Sequence record: OZ035741.1
Length of the DNA stretch: 64,000 bases
Source of the DNA: Felixounavirus LF82P2
Strand: one strand, 5' to 3'
The position numbers were made by a program, and so were the translations under genes. A model generated the notes under the pieces. It made no database searches, was not told the origin of the DNA, and saw only the letters and a list, made by a program, of their open reading frames with translations. Shown here piece by piece: positions 45,244 through 53,921 of this stretch; positions within the stretch are counted from its first letter, which is position 1, and every line of letters begins with the position of its first letter.

Positions 45244-46313
45244 TTAACCAGCACCCAATCTTTTTAGGTGGTGAGAGAAAAACTTTTGACTCACTTAATA
45301 AGCACTACCCAAAAATCTTTGAGCTTTATAAACAACAAAAAGCACAAGATTGGTCAGAAGATGAGTTCCCTTTTGAACAATCACGTCTTGATTTTGAGAG
45401 TGTTCCAGCATCTATGTCAGGTGTAATGCTTGAGATTCTTAAGTGGCAGTGGGAAGCAGATACTCAAGTTGCTAAGAGCTTGGCATTTGCCTTTGCACCA
45501 TTTATCTCTGATGACATCTATGCAACTGCAATTATGAAGCAGTCTGAGATTGAGAACCTTCATGCTTTGACTTACTCAGAGATTGTGAGGCAATGTATTA
45601 AAAACCCTGAAACAATCTTAGATGAGATTAACCAGAATGTTGCTGTGCAAGACCGATTAAAAACTGTGAATCGTGTTCTTGAAGAATTACTGGATGAAGG
45701 GATAAACTACCGACTGAGTTATGTCCGTGATTCACTTCTGGACAAAGACCCTTTACACTTCCATAAAGTGATTCTGAAAGGTCTATTTGCAGTGACTGCA
45801 CTGGAAGGTATATCTTTTATGGCATCCTTTGCATGTACTTTTGCACTTGATGCTCAAGATAAATTTCAGGGTATTGCTCAAGCGGTACAGAAAATTATGC
45901 TTGACGAAATCCTTCACACTAAAATTGATATTGAAGTTTTAAAAGAAACTTTAAGAGATGATGAGTGGCAGAAAGCTTTTCAACAAGTTCTTCCAGAGAT
46001 TAAAGTAATCTTAGATGAAGTAGTTGAAAGTGAAGAGAAATGGTCGTATTATATCTTCTCCGAAGGACGTGCTGTAGTTGGCTTAAATACAAAGCTTCTT
46101 CATGAGTGGGTTTACTATAATGCTGCACCACTGTATGATATGTTTGGCATTCCCAGAGATTTTGTAGCTCCTAAAGAACCACCTTTGAAGTACATGATTA
46201 AGAAGATGGAAATTGATAAAGAGCAGAATGCTAATCAGGAGCAACAGAACGGTGCGTACCTATTGAATACTGTTGTAGATGATTTGAATAGTGGATTTTT
46301 AGAGGTTCCTTAA
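45240..46313 (+). CDS. nrdB: ribonucleoside-diphosphate reductase small subunit (class I)
   Basis: ferritin-like di-iron protein; ATG at 45240 preceded by AAAGGAGAA, track start 45180 likely too far upstream; follows nrdA. Confidence 0.8.
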   Translation: MINQHPIFLGGERKTFDSLNKHYPKIFELYKQQKAQDWSEDEFPFEQSRLDFESVPASMSGVMLEILKWQWEADTQVAKSLAFAFAPFISDDIYATAIMKQSEIENLHALTYSEIVRQCIKNPETILDEINQNVAVQDRLKTVNRVLEELLDEGINYRLSYVRDSLLDKDPLHFHKVILKGLFAVTALEGISFMASFACTFALDAQDKFQGIAQAVQKIMLDEILHTKIDIEVLKETLRDDEWQKAFQQVLPEIKVILDEVVESEEKWSYYIFSEGRAVVGLNTKLLHEWVYYNAAPLYDMFGIPRDFVAPKEPPLKYMIKKMEIDKEQNANQEQQNGAYLLNTVVDDLNSGFLEVP

Positions 46314-46555
46314 TGACTTATGTAATTTACTCCAAAACTGGATGCCCTCAGTGTGAGACTGCAAAGAATTTTGCAAAAGCTCGTGGTATTGACCATGTTG
46401 TGAGAATGTTAGGGCAGGATTATGAACTGTCAGACCTGATGGATATTGCACAGATGCCAGTTCGTCAGATGCCATTCATCATGAAGACTGATGGTCAAAA
46501 TCTAAAACCTGTTGGGACGCTACAGAATTTTATGGCAGAGGTGAATAATGCTTAA
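46313..46555 (+). CDS. nrdH: glutaredoxin-like protein (NrdH-type)
   Basis: 80 aa with CPQC redox motif near N-terminus (YSKTGCPQCETAK). Confidence 0.75.
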   Translation: MTYVIYSKTGCPQCETAKNFAKARGIDHVVRMLGQDYELSDLMDIAQMPVRQMPFIMKTDGQNLKPVGTLQNFMAEVNNA

Positions 46556-46754
46556 ACGCCTTTGGGAAGGTTTGGTTGTTGATGCACCAGCCATTGTGAT
46601 TGGTATGCTTGTTGTTAACCTATTTACTGATTTTGAACAAGGTTCATTGTTTGGAGCCATGCTATTATGGGTTATCTTTGAAATATTAGAGATACAGCTA
46701 GGCATCACTGAAAAACTAAGAGAAATCTTTGCGAAGTTTTCTAAAAAGATTTAA
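46548..46754 (+). CDS. small membrane protein
   Basis: 68 aa with hydrophobic segments (AIVIGMLVVNLF, LFGAMLLWVIF). Confidence 0.35.
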   Translation: MLKRLWEGLVVDAPAIVIGMLVVNLFTDFEQGSLFGAMLLWVIFEILEIQLGITEKLREIFAKFSKKI

Positions 46755-46759
46755 AATGA

Positions 46760-46783
46760 AAGGGTCTCTTCGGAGACCTTTTT
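46760..46783 (+). terminator. intrinsic terminator
   Basis: AAGGGTCTC-TTCG-GAGACCTT then TTTTT. Confidence 0.6.
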
Positions 46784-46802
46784 AGCATGTAAAGGGGCAA
46801 TA

Positions 46803-48947
46803 ATGAACAAAGTACAGATTATTAAAAAGAATGGCTCACTTGAAGAACCTGATATCAAAAAAGTTTTAGCAGCAGTCACAAAGTCAGCTAACAGAGTTGG
46901 TTATAAAGAGCTTCCACCAGATGTTACTCAAGCTCTTGAGTCAGCATTTATGAGGATTCTGGTAAAGTCCACTAAACAGAATAATTTGCTAATTTCGGTA
47001 AATGATATTCACAGTATTGTTGAGGGTGCTTTGGCAGAAGTCAATCACGAGATTTATGAGTCTTACTCAACATATAGAAATTACCGTAAAGAGGTTGCTC
47101 AAAATTGGGATGAACTCTACCAGAAGACCAAAGATACACTCTTCTTAGGCGACCGAGAAAACGCTAATTTTGACAGCAGTTTAATTTCTACAAAAGGCTC
47201 AATTATTCGTGGTTACCTGACTAAAGAAATCTTTAAACAGTACCATTTAACACCAGAGGAACTTGAAGCCATTGAAAAAGGATTTATCTATATCCATGAT
47301 TTAAGAGACCTAATTTTTGGTGGTATCAACTGTTGCCTGTTTGACATTGGTAAAGTCCTGAAAGGTGGCTTTGAAATGTCTGGCATCGAATATTGTGAAC
47401 CGAAGTCTGTGCTGTCAGCCTTACAGGTTATTGGTGATGTAGTTCTTTCAGCAACTGCACAGCAATTTGGTGGCTTTACTTTAGCAGAGATTGATAAGGT
47501 ACTTGTACCGTATGCTAAGAAGTCTCTACGCTATCATGCTGAGAAAGCAGCATCTTATGGTATTCCTAAAGAACATTACCATAATTATGTCATGGAGCAG
47601 CTACAGATTGAATTAACTCAAGGTTTTCAGTCACTTGAAATGAAACTGAACACTGTACCTTGCAGCCGTGGTGATTTCGCATTCACAACTTTAACATTTG
47701 GGTTGCTCGACTCAGATATGTCTAATGAAGACAACCGACTACAATACATGATTGCAAGTACTCTCCTAGATGTTCGTATGAATGGACAAGGTAAGAGCAA
47801 GAAGCCTGTTGTATTTCCTAAACTGGTTTATATTTATGACCAGAAGAGACATGATGAAAATATCTGTCAAGGTCACCTGTACAGTAAAGCTATTGAGTGT
47901 TGCTCTAAAGCAATGTATCCAGATTTCTTAAGTGTATCTGGTCATGGTGCTGTAGCAGAGGCTTTTGAGCGTTCTGGCAAGGTTATTTCGCCGATGGGTT
48001 GCCGAGCGTTCTTATCTCCGTATCTTAACGAGAATGGGGAAGAGTTCTACGTTGGTCGTGCTAACATTGGTGCTGTATCTTTGAACTTACCAATGATTTA
48101 CCAGTATTCTAAAGAGAATGGTTTAGATTTCTGGAAAGAGCTTGATAAGTACCTAGAAATGATTCGCAGCTTCCACAAGAAACGCTACGAAATGATTGCT
48201 AATATGCCAGCAAGTTCTAACCCTCTTGCATTCACGCAAGGTGGTCTGTACAAAGGGACTAAGAAGCCTACTGATAAGGTTGGTTGGGATATCGTGAAAT
48301 CTTTCACAGCCTCTTTTGGGGTTACTGCTCTTGATGAGTTGTCTGTTCTTGCTGAGGGTAAACGACTCCATGAAGTTGGAAGCTGTAGTTTTGCATATGA
48401 TGTTCTGGCATACATTAACATGAAAACTGAAGAGTTTAAGAACGAAGATGGCTTCTTGTATGCGGTATATGGCACTCCAGCAGAGTCATTGTGTGGAACT
48501 CAGCTAAAACAGTTCAGAGATATGTTTGGTGTTATTAAAGGCGTTTCTGACAAGGAATACTTTACAAACAGTTTCCATATGAATGTTGCAGCAAACATCT
48601 CACCATTTGAGAAGCAGGACTTAGAAGAGCCATTCTTCCATATCTGTAGAGGTGGCAGAATCCAGTATGTAAGGGTAGCTAACCCAGAAAACTTACCAGC
48701 ACTTAAAAGTTGTATTACCAGAGGGATGTTGAAGGGTTTTTATCAGGGACTTAACTTTGACTTAGCAATCTGTGAACATTGTGGTAACAGACCAAAGGCT
48801 GATGTTGAAGAATGTGAGGTTTGTCATTCACACGATATCTCTGTGATTAACAGGGTGTGCGGGTACTTGTCATTCACAAAAATTAAAGGTCAGTCTCGAA
48901 TGAATGACGCTAAGATGGCAGAAATTAAGGATAGGGTTTCTATGTAG
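46803..48947 (+). CDS. nrdD: anaerobic ribonucleoside-triphosphate reductase (class III)
   Basis: C-terminal Zn-ribbon CEHCG ... CEVCH and glycyl-radical motif RVCGYL. Confidence 0.9.
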   Translation: MNKVQIIKKNGSLEEPDIKKVLAAVTKSANRVGYKELPPDVTQALESAFMRILVKSTKQNNLLISVNDIHSIVEGALAEVNHEIYESYSTYRNYRKEVAQNWDELYQKTKDTLFLGDRENANFDSSLISTKGSIIRGYLTKEIFKQYHLTPEELEAIEKGFIYIHDLRDLIFGGINCCLFDIGKVLKGGFEMSGIEYCEPKSVLSALQVIGDVVLSATAQQFGGFTLAEIDKVLVPYAKKSLRYHAEKAASYGIPKEHYHNYVMEQLQIELTQGFQSLEMKLNTVPCSRGDFAFTTLTFGLLDSDMSNEDNRLQYMIASTLLDVRMNGQGKSKKPVVFPKLVYIYDQKRHDENICQGHLYSKAIECCSKAMYPDFLSVSGHGAVAEAFERSGKVISPMGCRAFLSPYLNENGEEFYVGRANIGAVSLNLPMIYQYSKENGLDFWKELDKYLEMIRSFHKKRYEMIANMPASSNPLAFTQGGLYKGTKKPTDKVGWDIVKSFTASFGVTALDELSVLAEGKRLHEVGSCSFAYDVLAYINMKTEEFKNEDGFLYAVYGTPAESLCGTQLKQFRDMFGVIKGVSDKEYFTNSFHMNVAANISPFEKQDLEEPFFHICRGGRIQYVRVANPENLPALKSCITRGMLKGFYQGLNFDLAICEHCGNRPKADVEECEVCHSHDISVINRVCGYLSFTKIKGQSRMNDAKMAEIKDRVSM

Positions 48948-49518
48948 AATACAAATGAATTACGAACTAATATATAATGCAATTATTAAAAAGGCACATT
49001 CTGAAAGGGGTGTGCCTCTCACATACTACAAATGTCAAGGTAAGGGTTATGAAAGACACCATATCATACCAGTATGTCTAGGTGGCGATAAAATTAGTGG
49101 AGATAACATTGCTTTACTTACACCTAGAGAGCATTATATAGCTCATAAATTACTGGTTAAGATGTATCCAAACAATCATAAGTTATGGTTTGCATGGAGC
49201 AGGTTAGCTCATGATGGCCTAGATAGGAAAATATCATCCAGAGACTATGAAAAGGTAAGGGCTTTAAACTCGAAAGCTCTATCGATTGTGAATAAAGGTA
49301 GGGTTTTCACTGAAGAGCATCGAAGACGATTAGGAGAAGTTCAAATAGGTAATACAAAGTCAAAAGGTTGTAAAAGGTCTATGGAAACAAGGAAGAAGAT
49401 GTCAGAAGCCGGAAAAAAGCCAAAGAAAAAGAAAACTTGCCCGCATTGTGGCATGACTGGTGGTGCTGGTAACATGACTCGATATCATTTTGACAATTGT
49501 AAGAAAAAAAAAAAATAA
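48904..49518 (+). CDS. HNH homing endonuclease
   Basis: HNH-like RHHIIPVCLGGDKISGDNIALLTPREH; alternative start ATG 48955; ORF ends in Lys run encoded by A12 tract (49504-49515). Confidence 0.6.
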   Translation: MTLRWQKLRIGFLCRIQMNYELIYNAIIKKAHSERGVPLTYYKCQGKGYERHHIIPVCLGGDKISGDNIALLTPREHYIAHKLLVKMYPNNHKLWFAWSRLAHDGLDRKISSRDYEKVRALNSKALSIVNKGRVFTEEHRRRLGEVQIGNTKSKGCKRSMETRKKMSEAGKKPKKKKTCPHCGMTGGAGNMTRYHFDNCKKKKK

Positions 49519-49590
49519 CCTTATGTAAAACTTGACAAGGTGGTGTGGGTCTTGATAGGCTTACATCACCTTTTTATTTGGAGTTACATT

Positions 49591-49926
49591 ATGGACTTGT
49601 GGCTTTATGTAGCAGTTTGTGGGATTGTATGTCTGATAATCTTATTTATTCTTGGAATAATGCGATTTAGAGACATCATACAGTCAGATTTTTTACCTGA
49701 GTTTGCCATGATGGTTGGAGTTATTGCACTTTGTGTCTTGGCGGTGTTCTATTCATACAAAACTGTGATATGGATGAAGTCAAACAATTGTGTAAAAACT
49801 CATCAACATCGTGAGGTTACTTATTTTGTGAGTGTACTTAGTGGGAACACCACTGTACTTGTCCCACAAACTTCTGTAGAGTATCTTTACACATGTGATA
49901 ATGGTAAAACTATATGGTGGAATTAA
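49591..49926 (+). CDS. small membrane protein (2 TM)
   Basis: ATG at 49591 preceded by GGAG; track start 49540 is GTG; two hydrophobic helices. Confidence 0.4.
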   Translation: MDLWLYVAVCGIVCLIILFILGIMRFRDIIQSDFLPEFAMMVGVIALCVLAVFYSYKTVIWMKSNNCVKTHQHREVTYFVSVLSGNTTVLVPQTSVEYLYTCDNGKTIWWN

Positions 49927-50129
49927 CAATGGCAACACTCTTAAAGGTATTGACACCCACACTACACATAGTAATCTTCTTCTTTGGTGTTAGTGTTATG
50001 GTATGGGGTTTTTCAGACCCACAATGGAATTTCTCATATCATGGTCAGATGGATTTATGGTCATGCTTCAAACCATTTTTAGGGTTAGCTATAGCATTCA
50101 GTGCATTACCAACTAAGGTGAGATTATGA
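49914..50129 (+). CDS. small membrane protein
   Basis: 71 aa, hydrophobic (HIVIFFFGVSVMVWGF, LGLAIAFSAL). Confidence 0.3.
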   Translation: MVELTMATLLKVLTPTLHIVIFFFGVSVMVWGFSDPQWNFSYHGQMDLWSCFKPFLGLAIAFSALPTKVRL

Positions 50130-50521
50130 TTAAGTTGAACCAAAAACAATTAGAGTGGATTAAAGATTACGCCTCAGAGTGTGGCTCTTGCGAAAAGAAT
50201 CATGTAAGATACTCAACATTCCACACAGTATTCACATTGTATATCGGCGACAATGTTCTAAGTGATTCTGTAGAAGATGGCGTAGCATTGCCTAACGAAT
50301 TGCTTGACAAATTAGCTGTAGTCACTGGAACTTGGTCTGAAGAAGACGGTCATGAACTATCTAATGATATTGTCTTCTACAGTCTTGAAAACATTATGAA
50401 TCCAGAGTACATTATGCTAATGACTTGTGCACAAGACTGTGTGCCATTACAAAGCTTCATTAAAGAGCACTGCGAAGAGTTTATTACTAAACAGGTTCCC
50501 TGTCAGGTGGTGTTTGAATGA
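50126..50521 (+). CDS. hypothetical Cys-containing protein
   Basis: 131 aa ORF, CGSCE near N-terminus. Confidence 0.35.
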   Translation: MIKLNQKQLEWIKDYASECGSCEKNHVRYSTFHTVFTLYIGDNVLSDSVEDGVALPNELLDKLAVVTGTWSEEDGHELSNDIVFYSLENIMNPEYIMLMTCAQDCVPLQSFIKEHCEEFITKQVPCQVVFE

Positions 50522-50817
50522 GTAAAACAATTCGAAGAAAAGGTTTAAAGAACGTTCATGGACTCTATGAGTGGAGAAATGAGGTACGTAACAGAGAAAA
50601 TGCTTCAGATGTCTACTTCCATTCTGATATGATGTCCAGAAAAGGTGGCTCTTATGACTTTACAAGTCAGCCTTGTAGAGAGATTAAGCAGGCTACTAAA
50701 CGTCTTACAAGAACACAAATCAGGCAGCTTTCTAAGACATCCTTCTTAGATGAAGACTTTGACATTGATAGCAAGTCTCCAAAGAAAGCCGCTAAGAACA
50801 CTTATATGTATTGGTGA
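50518..50817 (+). CDS. hypothetical protein
   Basis: 99 aa ORF, basic. Confidence 0.35.
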   Translation: MSKTIRRKGLKNVHGLYEWRNEVRNRENASDVYFHSDMMSRKGGSYDFTSQPCREIKQATKRLTRTQIRQLSKTSFLDEDFDIDSKSPKKAAKNTYMYW

Positions 50818-50826
50818 GGTAACTAG

Positions 50827-51312
50827 ATGAATTACATGGAGATTCGACCATTTGACACAGCTAATGGTGAAGGGGTTCGTGTAAGCCTCTTCGTAGCTGG
50901 TTGTAAGCATCACTGTGAAGGCTGCTTTAACAGGGAGTCTTGGAAGTTTAATGCTGGTAAAGTATTTACTTATGCAAACCTCTACGTCATCATTAAGCTA
51001 ATGGATGATGAGGCCATCAGTGGGTTGTCAATACTTGGTGGGGAGCCTCTGGATGATAGAAACATTCAAGAGGTCACCAACATATGCAAGCGTATTAAAA
51101 CTGTTTATCCAGAAAAGTCTATATGGCTTTGGACAGGTTTTCAACTGCACGAAAAAATCCACTTAGATGTGATGAAATATGTTGACGTGGTGATTGATGG
51201 TAAGTATGATTCATCTAAACCAACAGTTAAACCATATCGTGGTTCTGATAACCAAAACCTCTGGAGAAAAGAGTATGGGTGGCAAGGTGATTGCCAATGG
51301 CGAGCAGAATGA
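50827..51312 (+). CDS. nrdG: anaerobic ribonucleotide reductase activating protein (radical SAM)
   Basis: radical-SAM cluster motif CKHHCEGCFN; size 161 aa. Confidence 0.85.
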   Translation: MNYMEIRPFDTANGEGVRVSLFVAGCKHHCEGCFNRESWKFNAGKVFTYANLYVIIKLMDDEAISGLSILGGEPLDDRNIQEVTNICKRIKTVYPEKSIWLWTGFQLHEKIHLDVMKYVDVVIDGKYDSSKPTVKPYRGSDNQNLWRKEYGWQGDCQWRAE

Positions 51313-51550
51313 TTATTCTGGTAAGTGGACTTATGACATCAACAAGTTAGATGCCTGGATGATTTATACGAGAGAAAAATTTGGTGCACGTTCATTATGT
51401 GCTCTTGCAACGATGGTGAAGAACGTTACCTTTGAAATTCATGAATCAGATAAGTTTGGAGACTTCTACAGGATTCAAAACATCAGAGAAGGTATAACTC
51501 CAATCGGTATCACTGAAGAAGAACTTCATAAGTTCTGTATTAAACTTTAA
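51275..51550 (+). CDS. hypothetical protein
   Basis: ATG 51275 preceded by GGAG; overlaps nrdG 3' end in another frame. Confidence 0.3.
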   Translation: MGGKVIANGEQNDYSGKWTYDINKLDAWMIYTREKFGARSLCALATMVKNVTFEIHESDKFGDFYRIQNIREGITPIGITEEELHKFCIKL

Positions 51551-51831
51551 TGAGAGAGACTAAAATGGGAATTTTAGGCAATATTAAAGCTGGCTTTTTG
51601 AAGGTACTGGCAAAAGCAGCAGCAATCATTTCTATGACTGGGAAGCAGGTTGGTGTAGATGCTTCAGCAATTGCACAGGTTCTTGCAAGCCAAATTGAAC
51701 AGCAGCCTTACATCCACGTTGGACGTGGTAAAGGTGGTAAAAAACAAGCACATCGACCAACTGGTGCAGCAGCAATTAAACGTGCAGCTAAGAAAGCTCG
51801 TAACCGTAAACGTAATAAGAAGGCTAAATAA
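51550..51831 (+). CDS. hypothetical protein with basic C-terminal tail
   Basis: 93 aa, C-terminus KRAAKKARNRKRNKKAK. Confidence 0.3.
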   Translation: MRETKMGILGNIKAGFLKVLAKAAAIISMTGKQVGVDASAIAQVLASQIEQQPYIHVGRGKGGKKQAHRPTGAAAIKRAAKKARNRKRNKKAK

Positions 51832-51833
51832 TC

Positions 51834-52145
51834 ATGAGCAAAGTTTATAACACTCGTAAGATTCAGATTGCAGTTCTGTGTCAGTTTATGGTTGAGCAAC
51901 ATAACGCACATTATTGTGGTACGGGATTTCTAACCTTTGGTGGCGAACACATCCCATTTAAGAAAGCTGTGAAGATGTACAACGAATCTCTTGATGGTAG
52001 TAAAGAGCTAGAACAGCTTAAACTAACTTACAATAAGAAAGACAAGAAGATTGTATGTCTAAACCACTCTATTAAACCTACAAATTACATTATAAGCAAC
52101 ATTGGCGAAGAAGGCTTCCTCAAAGTGTTGAAAATCTCACAGTAA
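51834..52145 (+). CDS. hypothetical protein
   Basis: 103 aa ORF followed by terminator. Confidence 0.35.
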   Translation: MSKVYNTRKIQIAVLCQFMVEQHNAHYCGTGFLTFGGEHIPFKKAVKMYNESLDGSKELEQLKLTYNKKDKKIVCLNHSIKPTNYIISNIGEEGFLKVLKISQ

Positions 52146-52157
52146 TATTATATGATT

Positions 52158-52183
52158 AGGGAACTGTAAAGGTTCCCTTTTTA
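52158..52183 (+). terminator. intrinsic terminator
   Basis: AGGGAAC-TGTAAAG-GTTCCCT then TTTTT. Confidence 0.6.
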
Positions 52184-52196
52184 TTTTGGAGATAAC

Positions 52197-52712
52197 ATGT
52201 ATCTGTCAAACCTGAAACGTTCGGCTGCAATGTCAGTTCTAAGACTCAGCTTTGAGGAACGTCAAGAATTTATAGACTCCCACAAATATGACCCTTCAAA
52301 TTCTAATCACATGGTTCTTTGGAATCGTGATAACTTCCGTGAAAGAGCACTTGTCCGTTATTACCCACACTACACAATAGATAACCTGTATGAATGGTGT
52401 GTTGTGAAGAACACCATTGCAACACTGAACAATCTTTGCAGGTATACGGGTAAGCAAACATTTACACTAGGCCACCACAAACCTGTTACAAAAGGTGGTG
52501 AACATCACTGTGCGAACTGGTTTATCCAAACTAAAGCTGATAACCAGAAGCAAGGAGATAGCCTCCTAAGTATCCCTAAGATGACCTATGAAGAGCAAGA
52601 GAAATATATCAAAAATAATATGCCAGATGTGCTTGACAACAACTATACAGATTTGGCAATATCTCTCCTGTTGAAGTTCGAGACAGTTTATAGGGCAACT
52701 TATAATGGCTAA
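52197..52712 (+). CDS. HNH-like endonuclease (putative)
   Basis: His/Asn-containing segment LGHHKPVTKGGEHHCANWFIQTKADNQKQG compatible with an HNH motif. Confidence 0.4.
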   Translation: MYLSNLKRSAAMSVLRLSFEERQEFIDSHKYDPSNSNHMVLWNRDNFRERALVRYYPHYTIDNLYEWCVVKNTIATLNNLCRYTGKQTFTLGHHKPVTKGGEHHCANWFIQTKADNQKQGDSLLSIPKMTYEEQEKYIKNNMPDVLDNNYTDLAISLLLKFETVYRATYNG

Positions 52713-52983
52713 AGAAAAGTGGGAGATTTTACCATTAGTCAGTGAAGGAGGTAATGGTTGTGAAATGTACATGATACGTGGTCATGTTCCAGAGCCAATT
52801 GCACTTGAGATGGTAAACAACTTTACAGATGGTTCTTACAAAGACTTAGGCGAACCAACTGTCAAGCAACAATGGGTTAAACCTGTACCAGACAGCACAG
52901 GTAACTGTAGTGTACTTTATCACGTTGTAGACCCTGCAAAATGCAAATCTGCAATGGCAGTAACAAACGTAACTTTTGATTGA
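52705..52983 (+). CDS. hypothetical protein
   Basis: 92 aa ORF. Confidence 0.3.
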   Translation: MAKEKWEILPLVSEGGNGCEMYMIRGHVPEPIALEMVNNFTDGSYKDLGEPTVKQQWVKPVPDSTGNCSVLYHVVDPAKCKSAMAVTNVTFD

Positions 52984-53876
52984 GAGAGAAAACTATGAAA
53001 ACATCTATCCGTGTTACAGTTCATTCACCAACTAAAGGGACTCATGAAGAAGAGTTTAACATCGTCCAATTCCCTTCTGGTGAGATTGGTGGACACTTTT
53101 CGCCAGAGTTTGTTGATTTTACTGCTTATGCAGCATCATCCATCAACAATGTGATTATGATTGTAAAAGGTTATGACAAGGACACATTGTTTGCTGTGGC
53201 ACTTGCTAAAGAAGCAATTGATGATTTAATTCCTCATGATTATGCTTTAAAGACTGTCATCTTTTACTACTTACCAAATGCACGATATGACCGTCACATG
53301 TTTAAAGGTGACGCAGCAGCTTTAAAGGTTTTTGCTAAACAGATTAATGCAATGGGATTTGGCGCAGTCTGTGCAGTTGACCCTCACAGTTATGTACCAG
53401 ATAACCTGTTTAACTGCTTCCAAAGTATTCCTCAAAAGGAGATTGCAGTCCACTATGCAAATGACCCTCTAATTGATTACTTAGTAGCCCCAGATGCAGG
53501 TGCTGCTAAGAAGATTGCAGAGACTGCTAAAGAGGTGGATAAACCATACATCACAATGTCTAAAGTGCGTAACCTTAAGACTGGTGAAATTACTGGTATG
53601 CGAATCCTTGATGATGTTGATTTGACAGATAAAACCGTCATGATTCTGGATGATATCTGTGATGGTGGTCGAACCTTCATAGAAGCAGCGAAGCATCTTC
53701 GTGAAGCAGGTGCAAAACGTGTGGAACTTTATGTAACACATGGTATCTTCTCTAAAGATGTTGAAAACCTTCTTGACAATGGTATCGACCATATTTACAC
53801 TACAAACTCTTTAGGCGAAGCTAAAGACCGTGGCTTAACACATTACAGTCAAGTTACTGTAGCAAACCTTGATTGA
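52980..53876 (+). CDS. ribose-phosphate pyrophosphokinase homologue (Prs-like; possibly ADP-ribose pyrophosphokinase)
   Basis: aligns by eye with E. coli Prs: AVDPHS vs TVDLHA, VAPDAGA vs VSPDIGG, PRPP loop VMILDDICDGGRT, AGAKRVELYVTHGIFS vs GAKRVFAYATHPIFS. Confidence 0.8.
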   Translation: MREKTMKTSIRVTVHSPTKGTHEEEFNIVQFPSGEIGGHFSPEFVDFTAYAASSINNVIMIVKGYDKDTLFAVALAKEAIDDLIPHDYALKTVIFYYLPNARYDRHMFKGDAAALKVFAKQINAMGFGAVCAVDPHSYVPDNLFNCFQSIPQKEIAVHYANDPLIDYLVAPDAGAAKKIAETAKEVDKPYITMSKVRNLKTGEITGMRILDDVDLTDKTVMILDDICDGGRTFIEAAKHLREAGAKRVELYVTHGIFSKDVENLLDNGIDHIYTTNSLGEAKDRGLTHYSQVTVANLD

Positions 53877-53885
53877 AAGTTTATA

Positions 53886-53906
53886 GGGGCTTAAAAGCCC
53901 CATTTT
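53886..53906 (+). terminator. hairpin (weak terminator/attenuator) between Prs-like and NAMPT-like genes
   Basis: GGGGC-TTAAAA-GCCCC followed by ATTTTG. Confidence 0.35.
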
Positions 53907-53921
53907 GAGAGAGATTAAAAG

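Noticed and set aside
33185-49542. Identical 13-mer ACTTGACAAGGTG at two intergenic sites as a specific regulatory word
   Set aside because: Not rejected as a promoter element, but an identical 13-mer pair is expected by chance tens of times in 64 kb, so it is not evidence of a dedicated motif; likewise the three copies of CTCTTAAAAG (27408, 33266, 60194) are within chance expectation for an AT-rich genome.
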